64,000 nucleotides of DNA, from NCBI GenBank assembly GCA_045863395.1, contig BTVJ01000018.1, positions 32,001-96,000 on the forward strand. Reading direction: 5' to 3'. Positions 10,501 to 18,517 of the stretch are shown one piece after another. Below the pieces are notes generated by a model. It was not told the DNA's origin. It ran no database searches and saw nothing but the letters and a program-made list of their open reading frames with translations. The number at the start of each line of letters is the position of its first letter. Position 1 is the stretch's first letter. Source of the DNA: Myxococcales bacterium (lineage in GTDB: Bacteria; Myxococcota_A; UBA9042; JABWCM01; BTVJ01). The position numbers were made by a program, and so were the translations under genes.

Positions 10501-10819
10501 GGGCCTCTTGCTGGGCCGCGAGGTGGGGGGAGTCGCCGTTGCCCTCGGCGGGCGCGTCCCGGTCAAGGTCACGGGCGAGGGCGGCCCCATCCGCCGCGGC
10601 GACCTCTTGACGACCTCGTCGACGGCGGGGCACGCCATGCGCGCGGCAGAGGCCTGGAGAGGCGGCGTCATCGGCACCGCGCTCCAGCCCTTCGACGGTG
10701 AGGTCGGGCAGGTCCTGATGCTCGTGGCCCTCCAGCCGGCGGGCGGCGGAGCTTCGCTGGAGGCGCTCATGGAGCGCATCGAGGCGCAGGAGGCGCGCAT
10801 CCGCGCGCTGGAGCGATGA
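7553..10819 (+). CDS. Secreted fibre/adhesin-like protein with two LamG/pentraxin-like domains and a C-terminal chaperone-like (phage tail-fibre IMC/peptidase G2-like) domain plus coiled coil
   Basis: Signal peptide; CSGCVG repeats; two WTH(Y/V)AVT...LW(L/I)GQEQD...G(L)xDExxVYxRALS domains; DVAERF...GVVS..PG...GRVPVKV...GDLLT; terminal LEALMERIEAQEARIRALER. Confidence 0.8.
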   Translation: MARSQLVGALGVLLMLPGVPATAVPTSVLVQGVLRSEAGAPVSGSFASVVRIFDQANGGAPLYEQPATLQADGGVFDVTLGPLPLAAVDGAERWLEVTVGGQPPLPRQPLLAVPYAILADRATLASGVQCSGCVGGSAIGAGAVDASHIKAAAVGADAVSFPYAGSATKGGAAADLACSGCVGAGEVSFGYAASATPGGPATGLACSGCVGPAALAAAVDDRYVNATGDSMTGALHVATPGPYSGPQLRVGPESGHAHLTVDRPAADVEARLTFRTATTTLWQQFVDDGTSGGCDQTSLRWRPGGWSGGDCAPAMRLTAGGDLTVAGGLATASLAVSGASSLSGPVTVSPPGAWAGPQVRVSPIASHAWLDVNRPAADQEAGVSLSTGGSASWYTFVDNASTGGCDTTSLRWRPGSWSGGDCAPAMKLSTGGDLTVAGKVGAGGDVTIAGSLIGDRTVTVTTGGTSLPAGVRAYLPLDGSLVDVSGTTDVTGSQVTFTPAKRNNGAQLSGGTTTQWIRLAPSVFTGNTFSIAMWIRPTSSGRYVVSRSGSAGDNAITLGLSEVLIQQSGVSIPSPPLNQWTHYAVTYNGSIARIYFNGSEVATYTVSVSSFAFTSDLWLGQEQDCANGCLDAGQAYSGLMDEVVVYARALSPAEVQTVRDVTAAVGSGSTSSDIQALDIPTAVRIGGDVVGAKPVPLTQTTPLPTSGIVAHVPFEGSATDVSGKGTSVVGTSLSYTSGYKGQAASFPGGNTTSAVRVATGALPGSTFTVAFWLRPTANGKYVLSRTDGSNDNGLLIGVAGDVCAKTSCPALSALPLNTWTHVAVTSDGSTAHFYTNGATWGTTSISGSFSWTSDLWIGQEQDCANGCLDASQAYAGLVDELVVYDRALSPAEIATVISVGGGVQESTTVDVLNVITPVNAAAYYVGGACPGGALCDVAERFLVGDGVVLPGDVVAVDELRDASVRLSRRPYESSVMGVVSGAPGLLLGREVGGVAVALGGRVPVKVTGEGGPIRRGDLLTTSSTAGHAMRAAEAWRGGVIGTALQPFDGEVGQVLMLVALQPAGGGASLEALMERIEAQEARIRALER

Positions 10820-13128
10820 GGTGCCTCTGCGTGGCGCTGACATGCCTCCTCGCGGCCTGCGCTGGTGCGGAGACCGCCGTCCCGCTGCCCTCGGACGCGG
10901 GGGCAGACGCGGGCGAGGTCTCCGGCGCGGCGGACGCGGAGGGGGGCGACGCCAGGGACGCGAGCGCCGCGGGGCCCGACGCCGGGAACGACGCCTGGAT
11001 GGGCACGGACGGTGCGGATGCCGGTCCGGCGCCCACGGACGCGGCCGCTCTTGACGGTGCTCTCGAAGACGGAGCGCCCGCCGACGCCCTCTCCGACGGC
11101 GCGGCGGTGGACGCCGAACGGGAGCCGGACGCCGAAGACGTGCCAGACTCCGCGCCGTTGGACGTCTTGGACGCCGGCCCCGCGGACGTGCCGGACGCCA
11201 CGCCATCGGACGTCGAGCCGGCGGACGTCGAGCCGGCGGACGGGAACTCCCCAGACTCCGTTGTCGATCCTTGCCTCACCCTGGTCTGCGCCGACGGCGA
11301 CCCGTGCACGCTGGACTCATGCGACCCGACGGCGGGCTGCGAGCACACCGCGTACTCCTGCGACGACGACGACCCGTGCACGGCGGGCTCCTGCGACGGC
11401 GTGGGCGGGTGCATCACGACCGCGGTCCCGGGCTGCGTCGCCTGCGGCCTCGGGTGCGACGACGGCGACGCCTGCACGGAGGACCTCTGCGCCGCGGGCG
11501 TCTGCGCCTACGGACCCGTGTGGTGTGACGACGGGGATGCCTGCACGGACGACTCCTGCGCGCCCGCCGTCGGGTGCACCCACGCAGCGGAGGCCTGCGA
11601 CGACGGCGACGCCTGCACCACGGACGGCTGTGACGGCGGCTGCACGCACGCTGTCACGGACTGCGACGACGGCGACGCGTGCACCACGGACGCCTGCATG
11701 CCCGGAGCGGGCTGCGTCCACCCGTCGATCCTCTGCGACGACGGCGACGCCTGCACCGCGGACGCGTGCGACCCACTGGCCGGGTGCGCGTTCGACACCA
11801 AGCCCTGTGATGACGGCGACGCCTGCACCGCGGACTCCTGCACGCCGGACAAAGGCTGCCTCCATGCCCCCCTGGAGTGCGAGGCAGGCGGCTGCGCGGT
11901 CGTGGCCTGCGACCCGACCAGTGGGTGCGTGACCGTCGCCACGGGCTGCGACGACGGAGATCCATGCACGGTGGGCTCCTGTGCCGGGGGTGGCTGCCAG
12001 CAGGTCCCAGTGTCCTGCCAGGACGGCGACCCCTGCACCATCGACGCCTGCACCCGGGCCGCGGGCTGCACCTCGACCCCCGTCCTGTGCGACGACAGCG
12101 ACGCCTGCACGGTGGACGCCTGTGACCCGGACAAGGGCACCTGCGCGTCCTTCGGCGCGTCGTGCGGAGACGGCGACCCCTGTACGGCGGACACCTGCGA
12201 CCCGGCATCCGGCTGCACGAGCACCCCGTTCTCGCCGTGCGTCGGCTGCCGGACCGCCGCCGACTGCGACGACGCCGACCCCTGCACCGCTGATGCCTGC
12301 CTGCCGGACGGGACGTGCGCCAGCTCCCCCCTCCCCGTCTGCCTGACCTGCCAGACGACCGCGGACTGCGCGACGGATCCCTGCACCGTGGCCGCGTGCA
12401 TCCTGCTTCAGTGCGTCGTCACGCCCAAGCCCTGCGGAGACGGCGACCCCTGCACGATGGACACCTGCGCGGGCGGCCAGTGCGCCCACGCTCCGGTGGC
12501 CGGGTGCGCCGGGTGCGCAGGCCCCCTCGACTGCGCCGATGACGACCCGTGCACGGCGGACGGCTGCGAGGCAGGCGCCTGCGTCCACGCCCCCCGGAGC
12601 TGCGGCGACGGAGAGCTGTGCACGGCCGACGCCTGCGACCCGATCACGGGCACCTGCACCCACCTGGGCATCGAGGGGTGCCAGCCGTGCTCCCCCCAGG
12701 CGTGCGACGATGGCAACCCCTGCACCGAGGAGCTCTGCGCTGGCGACTGCGTCAACCACCTGACGGAGTGCGGCGACGGAGACCCCTGCACGTCGGACCA
12801 CTGCAACCCGGTCACGGGCACCTGCCACAACGACCCGAAGACGGGGTGCGCGGGCTGCGAGCTGGCCGGAGACTGCCAGGACGGCGATCCGTGCACCTCG
12901 GACACCTGCGTGCAGGGCGCCTGCACCCACACCGACGCCTGCGATGACGGGGACGACTGCACCATGGACGCGTGCGACGGCCTCACGGGCACCTGCACCC
13001 GGACGGGCATCACGGGCTGCAAGGCGTGCGAGCTGCTCGGTGACTGCGTGGACGGCGACCCTTGCACCCAGGACGCCTGCGACCCGGTCACGAAGACCTG
13101 CGCCTACACACCCGTCTGCGGACCCTGA
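10816..13128 (+). CDS. Cys-rich repeat surface lipoprotein (CDDGDxCTxDxC; Dictyostelium CTDC-like repeats)
   Basis: Lipobox LAAC; acidic DAG-rich linker; about 23 repeats; ATGA overlap with the fibre gene. Confidence 0.85.
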   Translation: MRCLCVALTCLLAACAGAETAVPLPSDAGADAGEVSGAADAEGGDARDASAAGPDAGNDAWMGTDGADAGPAPTDAAALDGALEDGAPADALSDGAAVDAEREPDAEDVPDSAPLDVLDAGPADVPDATPSDVEPADVEPADGNSPDSVVDPCLTLVCADGDPCTLDSCDPTAGCEHTAYSCDDDDPCTAGSCDGVGGCITTAVPGCVACGLGCDDGDACTEDLCAAGVCAYGPVWCDDGDACTDDSCAPAVGCTHAAEACDDGDACTTDGCDGGCTHAVTDCDDGDACTTDACMPGAGCVHPSILCDDGDACTADACDPLAGCAFDTKPCDDGDACTADSCTPDKGCLHAPLECEAGGCAVVACDPTSGCVTVATGCDDGDPCTVGSCAGGGCQQVPVSCQDGDPCTIDACTRAAGCTSTPVLCDDSDACTVDACDPDKGTCASFGASCGDGDPCTADTCDPASGCTSTPFSPCVGCRTAADCDDADPCTADACLPDGTCASSPLPVCLTCQTTADCATDPCTVAACILLQCVVTPKPCGDGDPCTMDTCAGGQCAHAPVAGCAGCAGPLDCADDDPCTADGCEAGACVHAPRSCGDGELCTADACDPITGTCTHLGIEGCQPCSPQACDDGNPCTEELCAGDCVNHLTECGDGDPCTSDHCNPVTGTCHNDPKTGCAGCELAGDCQDGDPCTSDTCVQGACTHTDACDDGDDCTMDACDGLTGTCTRTGITGCKACELLGDCVDGDPCTQDACDPVTKTCAYTPVCGP
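11287..13115 (+). repeat. Coding tandem array of ~23-29 aa Cys-rich repeats
   Basis: Recurrent tgcgacgacggcgac(g/c)cctgcac(c/g) DNA motif. Confidence 0.9.
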
Positions 13129-14832
13129 TCAGGGATTGACGGGGACAGGGGGCGCCAGCGGAGGCGGCTCATCGTCGGGCAGAGGCGACTCGTCGTCGAT
13201 GGGCACCGGCGGCGCCAGCGGAGGCGGCCCATCGTCGATGGGCACCGGCGGCGCCAGCGGAGGCGGCCCGTCGTCGTCGTCCGGCTCCGAGTCCCCCTCG
13301 CCGAACGTCGGCAACATGGGCGGCTCGTCACCCCCACCGCCAGGCCCGTCGACGCCGTACTCGTAGTCGTCGTAGGTGGGCTGCACGTCCTGGCCGCCCT
13401 CCGGCGGCTCACTCAGGTCGATGCCCTGCATCATGTCCTTGACCGACTCCTCCTCGCCCATCGGCCCAGACTCATGGCTTCGCGACCCGTCGGGGAAGTC
13501 CATGTGAAACTCGCGCCCCGTCTTGAGGGCCACCGCTTGGAGGGTCACGCGGGGGACGAACGTGATCACCGCGAGGCTCCCGATGAGCAGCAGCACGAAC
13601 GGCGCGACGGCGCGAATGACCTGCCCGAAGCTCTTGCCGAAGTAGCCGGCGGCCACGAACAGGTTGAGCCCCACCGGCGGCGTGAGGTAGCCGATCTCCA
13701 GGTTCACGATGAAGATCAGCGCGAGGTGCAGCGGATCGAACCCGAGGGCAGCGGCGGCAGGCGCGATCAGCGGCACGAAGAGGATGATGGCGCTGATGAT
13801 GTCCATCAGCATCCCCACCAAGAACAGGAACCCGTTGAGGATCAGAACGAACTGGAGCGGCGAGAGCGCCATGCTCTCGAGCTGGGCCTTCAGCTTCTCG
13901 GGGATCTCCTGGATGGTCAGGAACTCGTTGAACCCGAACGCCAGGGTGATGATGATCAGGATGCTCCCCATGAGCACCGCGGCCTCCGAGAGCAGGTCCG
14001 GGAGGTCGGCCACCTTGAGCTGCTTGTGGATGACGAGCTCGATGGCCAGCGCCAGCATCACGCTGATGGCCGCCGCCTGGGTCGCGCTGAACACCCCGAT
14101 GTAGATGCCGCCAAGGATGAAGACCGGCAGCGTCAGGGACCAGAGGCCGTCCCGGAAGGCCGCCCCGAGCTCTGCCCACGAGAAGGGCTGGCGCTTCACG
14201 TTGCGCCCGGTGAAGACGCAGTAGCCCGCGAGGCACGCGCCGATGACCAGGCCGGGCCCGATGCCCGCGATGAACAGGTCCTCGATGCTGACCCGCACCC
14301 CCTCCGCGGTCGCGAAGATCGCGTAGATGATCATCGGGATGGACGGCGGGATGATGATCCCGAGGGACCCAGCCGACGTGACGAGACCGAGACCGAAGCT
14401 CTCTTTGTATCCCGCCGCCAGGAGCGCTGGCAGCATGACGCCACCGATGGTGATCACGGTCACGGGGGACGAACCGCTGATCGCCGCGAAGAACATGCAG
14501 GCTACGACGGCAGAGACGGCCAGGCCCCCCGGCAGCCACCCGAACGTGGCGTTGGCGATGGCCACGAGGCGCTGCGCGATGGCCCCCCGACTCATGATGG
14601 CGCCAGCGATCATGAAGAAGGGGATGGCGACGAGGGTCGGCTCGTCGGCCAATGCCACCATCTTCTCCAACATATTGAAGTTCTTGGTGAACGACGAGAA
14701 GCTGGTCAGGTAGTCCTCGAAGCCCGTCTGCGGGAATACCGCGAAGCACGCGATGGTCACCCCGCCGATGACGACGAAGAGCGGCGCGCCCGTGAAGACG
14801 AGGAAGACCAGCGCGAGGAGGATCCAGATCAT
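13129..14832 (-). CDS. dctM: TRAP transporter large permease (DctM family) with acidic/Pro-rich C-terminal extension
   Basis: AIPFF, AISGSSP, SLGIIIPPSIPMI, GYLTPPVGLNLFV motifs; start MIWILL overlaps the upstream TGA. Confidence 0.9.
   Translation of the reverse strand: MIWILLALVFLVFTGAPLFVVIGGVTIACFAVFPQTGFEDYLTSFSSFTKNFNMLEKMVALADEPTLVAIPFFMIAGAIMSRGAIAQRLVAIANATFGWLPGGLAVSAVVACMFFAAISGSSPVTVITIGGVMLPALLAAGYKESFGLGLVTSAGSLGIIIPPSIPMIIYAIFATAEGVRVSIEDLFIAGIGPGLVIGACLAGYCVFTGRNVKRQPFSWAELGAAFRDGLWSLTLPVFILGGIYIGVFSATQAAAISVMLALAIELVIHKQLKVADLPDLLSEAAVLMGSILIIITLAFGFNEFLTIQEIPEKLKAQLESMALSPLQFVLILNGFLFLVGMLMDIISAIILFVPLIAPAAAALGFDPLHLALIFIVNLEIGYLTPPVGLNLFVAAGYFGKSFGQVIRAVAPFVLLLIGSLAVITFVPRVTLQAVALKTGREFHMDFPDGSRSHESGPMGEEESVKDMMQGIDLSEPPEGGQDVQPTYDDYEYGVDGPGGGGDEPPMLPTFGEGDSEPDDDDGPPPLAPPVPIDDGPPPLAPPVPIDDESPLPDDEPPPLAPPVPVNP
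13137..13279 (-). repeat. 39-bp tandem repeat (2 near-exact plus 1 degenerate copy) encoding DD(G/E)PPPLAPPVP(I/V)
   Basis: tcgtcgatgggcaccggcggcgccagcggaggcggccc at 13193 and 13232. Confidence 0.85.
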
Positions 14833-15797
14833 CAGTGGCTCCCCTCCCCGGCGGTCGCATCCTCCCCTCTCAGCGCCATCACGAAGCGCGCCCCGAACCG
14901 CACCACCATGACGGTCAGGGCCAGCGGGATGGGCAGCACCAGCAGCCACACCTTCAGGTCGATGGAGGCGAGCGTCGCCCCCATGCGCAGGCGGTCGAGC
15001 AAGTACCACACCGCCAGCACGAGCAGGATCGCGCAGAACGTCATGGTGACCAGGTGGCTCACGGCGTTGTACGCCGAGGCGAACCGCTGCGGGATGGCTT
15101 TGCGCACGAAGTCGATGCGGATGTGCTTCCCGTCATGGGTCGCCATGCTGGCGCCCACGAAGCCCACCCACATGATCAGGATCTTCGCGAGATCCTGCGA
15201 CCAGGAGTACCCAGGCCGCAGGTTCCACAGGATGGTGAGGATGTAGGCGCTCGCCGGCACCCAGGCGATCAGGAAGGCCGCGAGCTGGCCCCGTTGGCTG
15301 TAGAGGTGCGCGAACCAGCCAACGGCGACAAGGAAGGTGCCGATGCAGACCCACCGCGAGGGGGCCACCTCGATCAGCCGACCGAAGCCGTAGAGCACGG
15401 CGGTGATGCCGACGGCGATGCCGAGCCGGGCAGCGTGCCCGAATCGCCGCCGCTCCCGGTCCGCCGTGTAGACCGCGAACCAGGCGAGCCCGAGGGCTCC
15501 AAGGCCCACGATCAGGGGGCCAATCCAGCCGCGGGCGGCCTCGCGCAGCGACTCCGGGGGCTGCTGATAGGCCGAGTAGCCCGCCAGGCGGTAGACGACC
15601 CGCACGAAGGCGTTGTCCTGTGCGGTCATCTCCACATGGAGGATGTCGTAGAAGTACGTAAGCGCCATCGCGAGCAGCGCAAACGTCACGACGCCGCGCT
15701 CCACGATGTAGACCCCTGCGTCGAGGGCCTGCAGGAAGGTCCGGGGCTCGCCGGGGGCGAGCACCGGCGACTTGTCTAGGTCTAGGGGGGCCGCCAC
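14832..15797 (-). CDS. dctQ: TRAP transporter small permease (DctQ family), enlarged
   Basis: WSQDLAKILIMWVGFVGASMAT...HIRID motif; lies between dctP and dctM. Confidence 0.85.
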   Translation of the reverse strand: MAAPLDLDKSPVLAPGEPRTFLQALDAGVYIVERGVVTFALLAMALTYFYDILHVEMTAQDNAFVRVVYRLAGYSAYQQPPESLREAARGWIGPLIVGLGALGLAWFAVYTADRERRRFGHAARLGIAVGITAVLYGFGRLIEVAPSRWVCIGTFLVAVGWFAHLYSQRGQLAAFLIAWVPASAYILTILWNLRPGYSWSQDLAKILIMWVGFVGASMATHDGKHIRIDFVRKAIPQRFASAYNAVSHLVTMTFCAILLVLAVWYLLDRLRMGATLASIDLKVWLLVLPIPLALTVMVVRFGARFVMALRGEDATAGEGSH

Positions 15798-15869
15798 CGG
15801 TGCTCCTCCATGGCAGGGGTCATGGCAGGGGTCTCCGCGCGCCGCCCCCCAAACAGCGTCGGGCGGCCC

Positions 15870-16877
15870 CTACTTCTGCTTCTTCGCCTCGAGGACCTTG
15901 TCCAGCAGACCGCTCGCCTGGGGGACCCTCTTGCGGAAGATGTCCCACACCCCGCGGGTCGCCTTCTTGAGTTCTTCCTTCTCAGCCGCCGTGAGCTGGT
16001 AGAACTCGACGCCCGCCTTCTTGTAGTTCTCGACGAGGGGCTTGTTGAGCTTGCGCACCCAGTCGCGGCCGGTCTTCGTGTCCTCCGCGATGTTCGACGT
16101 CAGCATGGCCTGCAGGTCTGCCGGCAGCTTGTCGAACCACGCCTTGTTGTAGACCACGACGGCCGGCTGGTAGATGTGCTCGCTGAGGGTCAGCTTGCGG
16201 ATGCCCTGGTACCACTGGGCCGCGTACGCGAACAGCAGCGAGTTGTCGTAGCCCTGCACCACGCCGTTCTGGAGCGCGCTCGGCACCTCGGGCACCGCGA
16301 TGGGGCTGGGCGACGCACCGAGGGCGTTGTACATCTCGACATGGACGAAGCTCGGCTGGGAGCGGAGCTTGAGGCCCCTGAAGTCTCCGGGCGACTTGAG
16401 GAACCGGTCCTTGGTGGCCCAGTGGCGCCACCCGTTCTCCGCCCACTCGTAGAGCACGAAGCCCTTCTTGGCCAGGATCTCCTTCATGGGCTCGTACAGC
16501 ACATTGTCGAGCACGTGGTCGATCTGCCGGTAGTTGTCGAACAGGAACGGCAGCTCGAGGAGGTGCAGCTCCTCCACCGCGACGGCCATGGCGCCGGTGG
16601 ACACGCCGACCATCTCCAAGGTGCCCTGTTGGACGCGGCGGACCAGCGACTCCTCGCTGCCGAGCTGCCCGCCCAGGTAGATCTTCACCTTGATGCGCCC
16701 GCCGGACTCCTTCTCAACCCGCTTCTTGATGCGCTTGAGCAGCTCCGACCAGGGCGTCCCGTCCGGGGCGACCGTCCCGATGCGGAGCGTGAACTCCTGC
16801 GCATCCGCGGGCGGCGTCCCCAACACCAAGGCTCCCAACACCAGGGCCAGCACGGCCCACAGCTTCCTGCCTGACAT
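15870..16877 (-). CDS. dctP: TRAP substrate-binding protein (DctP/TatP-like)
   Basis: Signal peptide; LRIGTVAPDGTPW, GGQLGSE, ELPFLF, ENGWRH, LQNGVVQG. Confidence 0.92.
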   Translation of the reverse strand: MSGRKLWAVLALVLGALVLGTPPADAQEFTLRIGTVAPDGTPWSELLKRIKKRVEKESGGRIKVKIYLGGQLGSEESLVRRVQQGTLEMVGVSTGAMAVAVEELHLLELPFLFDNYRQIDHVLDNVLYEPMKEILAKKGFVLYEWAENGWRHWATKDRFLKSPGDFRGLKLRSQPSFVHVEMYNALGASPSPIAVPEVPSALQNGVVQGYDNSLLFAYAAQWYQGIRKLTLSEHIYQPAVVVYNKAWFDKLPADLQAMLTSNIAEDTKTGRDWVRKLNKPLVENYKKAGVEFYQLTAAEKEELKKATRGVWDIFRKRVPQASGLLDKVLEAKKQK

Positions 16878-16898
16878 GGTCATGCCTCCTCGCCCCGC

Positions 16899-17795
16899 CT
16901 ACTCCTCGAACAGGACGTCGATGTCCTCGTACAGCTCCTTGGCCTTGCGCTGCTCGATCTCCTGCTCTGCCTGGAGCTCCGGGATCACGTCGGGCTTCGC
17001 GTTGATCACGAACTGGAGCTGCTCCTCGAACATCGCCCGATCCTTGAGCTTCGGGGCCAGCATCTCGGCCATGAGCACGCGGGTGGCGAAGTAGTTGGGC
17101 TCGATCTTCAGCGCCCGCTGGAAGTGCTTCTTCGAGCGCTTCGGATCGCCGTTGGGGAAGGGGATCTTGGTGTAGTAGGCGCCAAAGTAGCGGTCCGGCG
17201 CGCCATAGAAGTACGTGGGGTCGAGCTTGCGGGCGGCGCCGATCATCGCGGCGACCTTGTCCTTGTTCTCGAGCACGTTGATCAGCGAGCTGGCGAGGCC
17301 CCACTTGCCCAGGTTGGTCGCGTACCAGTAGAGAGCCGGCACGCTCTTCTTGTCGACGACCTTGAGTGCCTTGTCGAAGGGCTCGCTGGCACACACCCGC
17401 TTCCTGAACTCGGCGTTCTTGCCACGCAGGGCCACCTCGGCCCAGTAGGTGCCCTTCTCGAAGGCGGCGAGCATGTCGGCCTTCTTCTCCTCGTCGAACC
17501 GCAGGTGCCCGTCCCCGAGGAAGTACCAGGCCCGCGACAGGCGCACCATCAGGTCCGTGTTGGACGGGTCGATCTGGACGGCGCGGTCCCAGGCCTCGAT
17601 GGCCTTCCGCAGCTCCGCCGGGTCGCTGCGCTTCGCCCAGTGGGCCTCGCCCTCCTTCTCCGCCGCGCCGGCGTCCCCTTGGAGCGTCCCCTTCGAGTAG
17701 AGGTCGTCGGCGCAGAGCCCCGACTGGCGCGACGCGCCGCACGCGGTGAGGGTCGCGAGGACGGCGATGGTGGCCGCCGTCATGATGCTACGCAT
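16899..17795 (-). CDS. TPR lipoprotein, TRAP transporter TatT-like component
   Basis: Lipobox LTAC; TPR-like helices; ALYWYA..LG.WG, DPTYFYG, KHFQRAL; first gene of the TRAP operon. Confidence 0.8.
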   Translation of the reverse strand: MRSIMTAATIAVLATLTACGASRQSGLCADDLYSKGTLQGDAGAAEKEGEAHWAKRSDPAELRKAIEAWDRAVQIDPSNTDLMVRLSRAWYFLGDGHLRFDEEKKADMLAAFEKGTYWAEVALRGKNAEFRKRVCASEPFDKALKVVDKKSVPALYWYATNLGKWGLASSLINVLENKDKVAAMIGAARKLDPTYFYGAPDRYFGAYYTKIPFPNGDPKRSKKHFQRALKIEPNYFATRVLMAEMLAPKLKDRAMFEEQLQFVINAKPDVIPELQAEQEIEQRKAKELYEDIDVLFEE

Positions 17796-17865
17796 GGTCT
17801 TCTCCTTCCTCGGGCTGGCGACGAAGCTCGTGCCGTCTGTCTATGCGGGTGTCCGTCGGCGAACC

Positions 17866-17895
17866 GTTATACCCGGCGCCGCTGGAACCGGTCAA
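17866..17895 (-). promoter_or_regulatory. Putative sigma70 promoter of the TPAT operon
   Basis: TTGACC-N18-TATAAC. Confidence 0.6.
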
Positions 17896-17925
17896 CCTGA
17901 AACCGGAATGCGCCCCAGCGCGACC

Positions 17926-18489
17926 CTACCAAGCGAGCCGGGATGCGATGGCCGTGACCGTATACAGGATGGCGAGCCAAATGAAGTACACGGCCCCCAC
18001 GAAGGGCCAGCGCTTCTCCTCGGGGACGCCGTAGAACGTGGGCGCGGCCACGTACACGAGCCATGCACCGTAGCCGACGCCGGCGAACATCAGGTACTCG
18101 CCGAAGGTCAGCCGCAGGATCATGAGCAGCGCGCTCAGCGCAGCGACCGCCGCGATGGGGAAGCTCGCCCAGGCGAAGAGGCGTACCCCGTTGTCCCCAG
18201 CCGCCCGCGCCCCGAAGTACGGCACGAGCAGGTCGACCACCCGGGCCATGGCGAAGACGGCGCCGATGACGGCGCCGATCTGCAGCACTGCGAACACCAG
18301 GAAGTACCCGAGGAGCCCATAGGTGAGGCCCGCGATGACGATGAGCGCCATGGCCACGCTCAACGCGAGGGCCAGCTCGATGATCGCCTGCTGCTTGTCC
18401 TCGGGGGCCGTGTAGAGCCGGTCCCAGGTCACGGGTGTGGGCTTGGTCAAGATCTCGATGGCCCTCGCCAGCACGGCCTGGTAGCTCAC
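17926..18489 (-). CDS. Yip1-like multi-pass membrane protein
   Basis: EILTKPxxxxW start; about 5 hydrophobic segments; YG...VY...PTFYGVPEEK pattern typical of bacterial Yip1 family. Confidence 0.7.
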   Translation of the reverse strand: MSYQAVLARAIEILTKPTPVTWDRLYTAPEDKQQAIIELALALSVAMALIVIAGLTYGLLGYFLVFAVLQIGAVIGAVFAMARVVDLLVPYFGARAAGDNGVRLFAWASFPIAAVAALSALLMILRLTFGEYLMFAGVGYGAWLVYVAAPTFYGVPEEKRWPFVGAVYFIWLAILYTVTAIASRLAW

Positions 18490-18517
18490 GACGCACTCCC
18501 TTGCCGGGTGCCCCCGA

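Noticed and set aside
11287..13115. CRISPR-like periodic repeats
   Set aside because: In-frame coding Cys repeats with wobble variation, and no cas genes
13129..17926. TPAT transporter as part of the baseplate/FHA transcript
   Set aside because: It has its own TTGACC-N18-TATAAC promoter in a 130-bp gap, so adjacency alone is weak evidence
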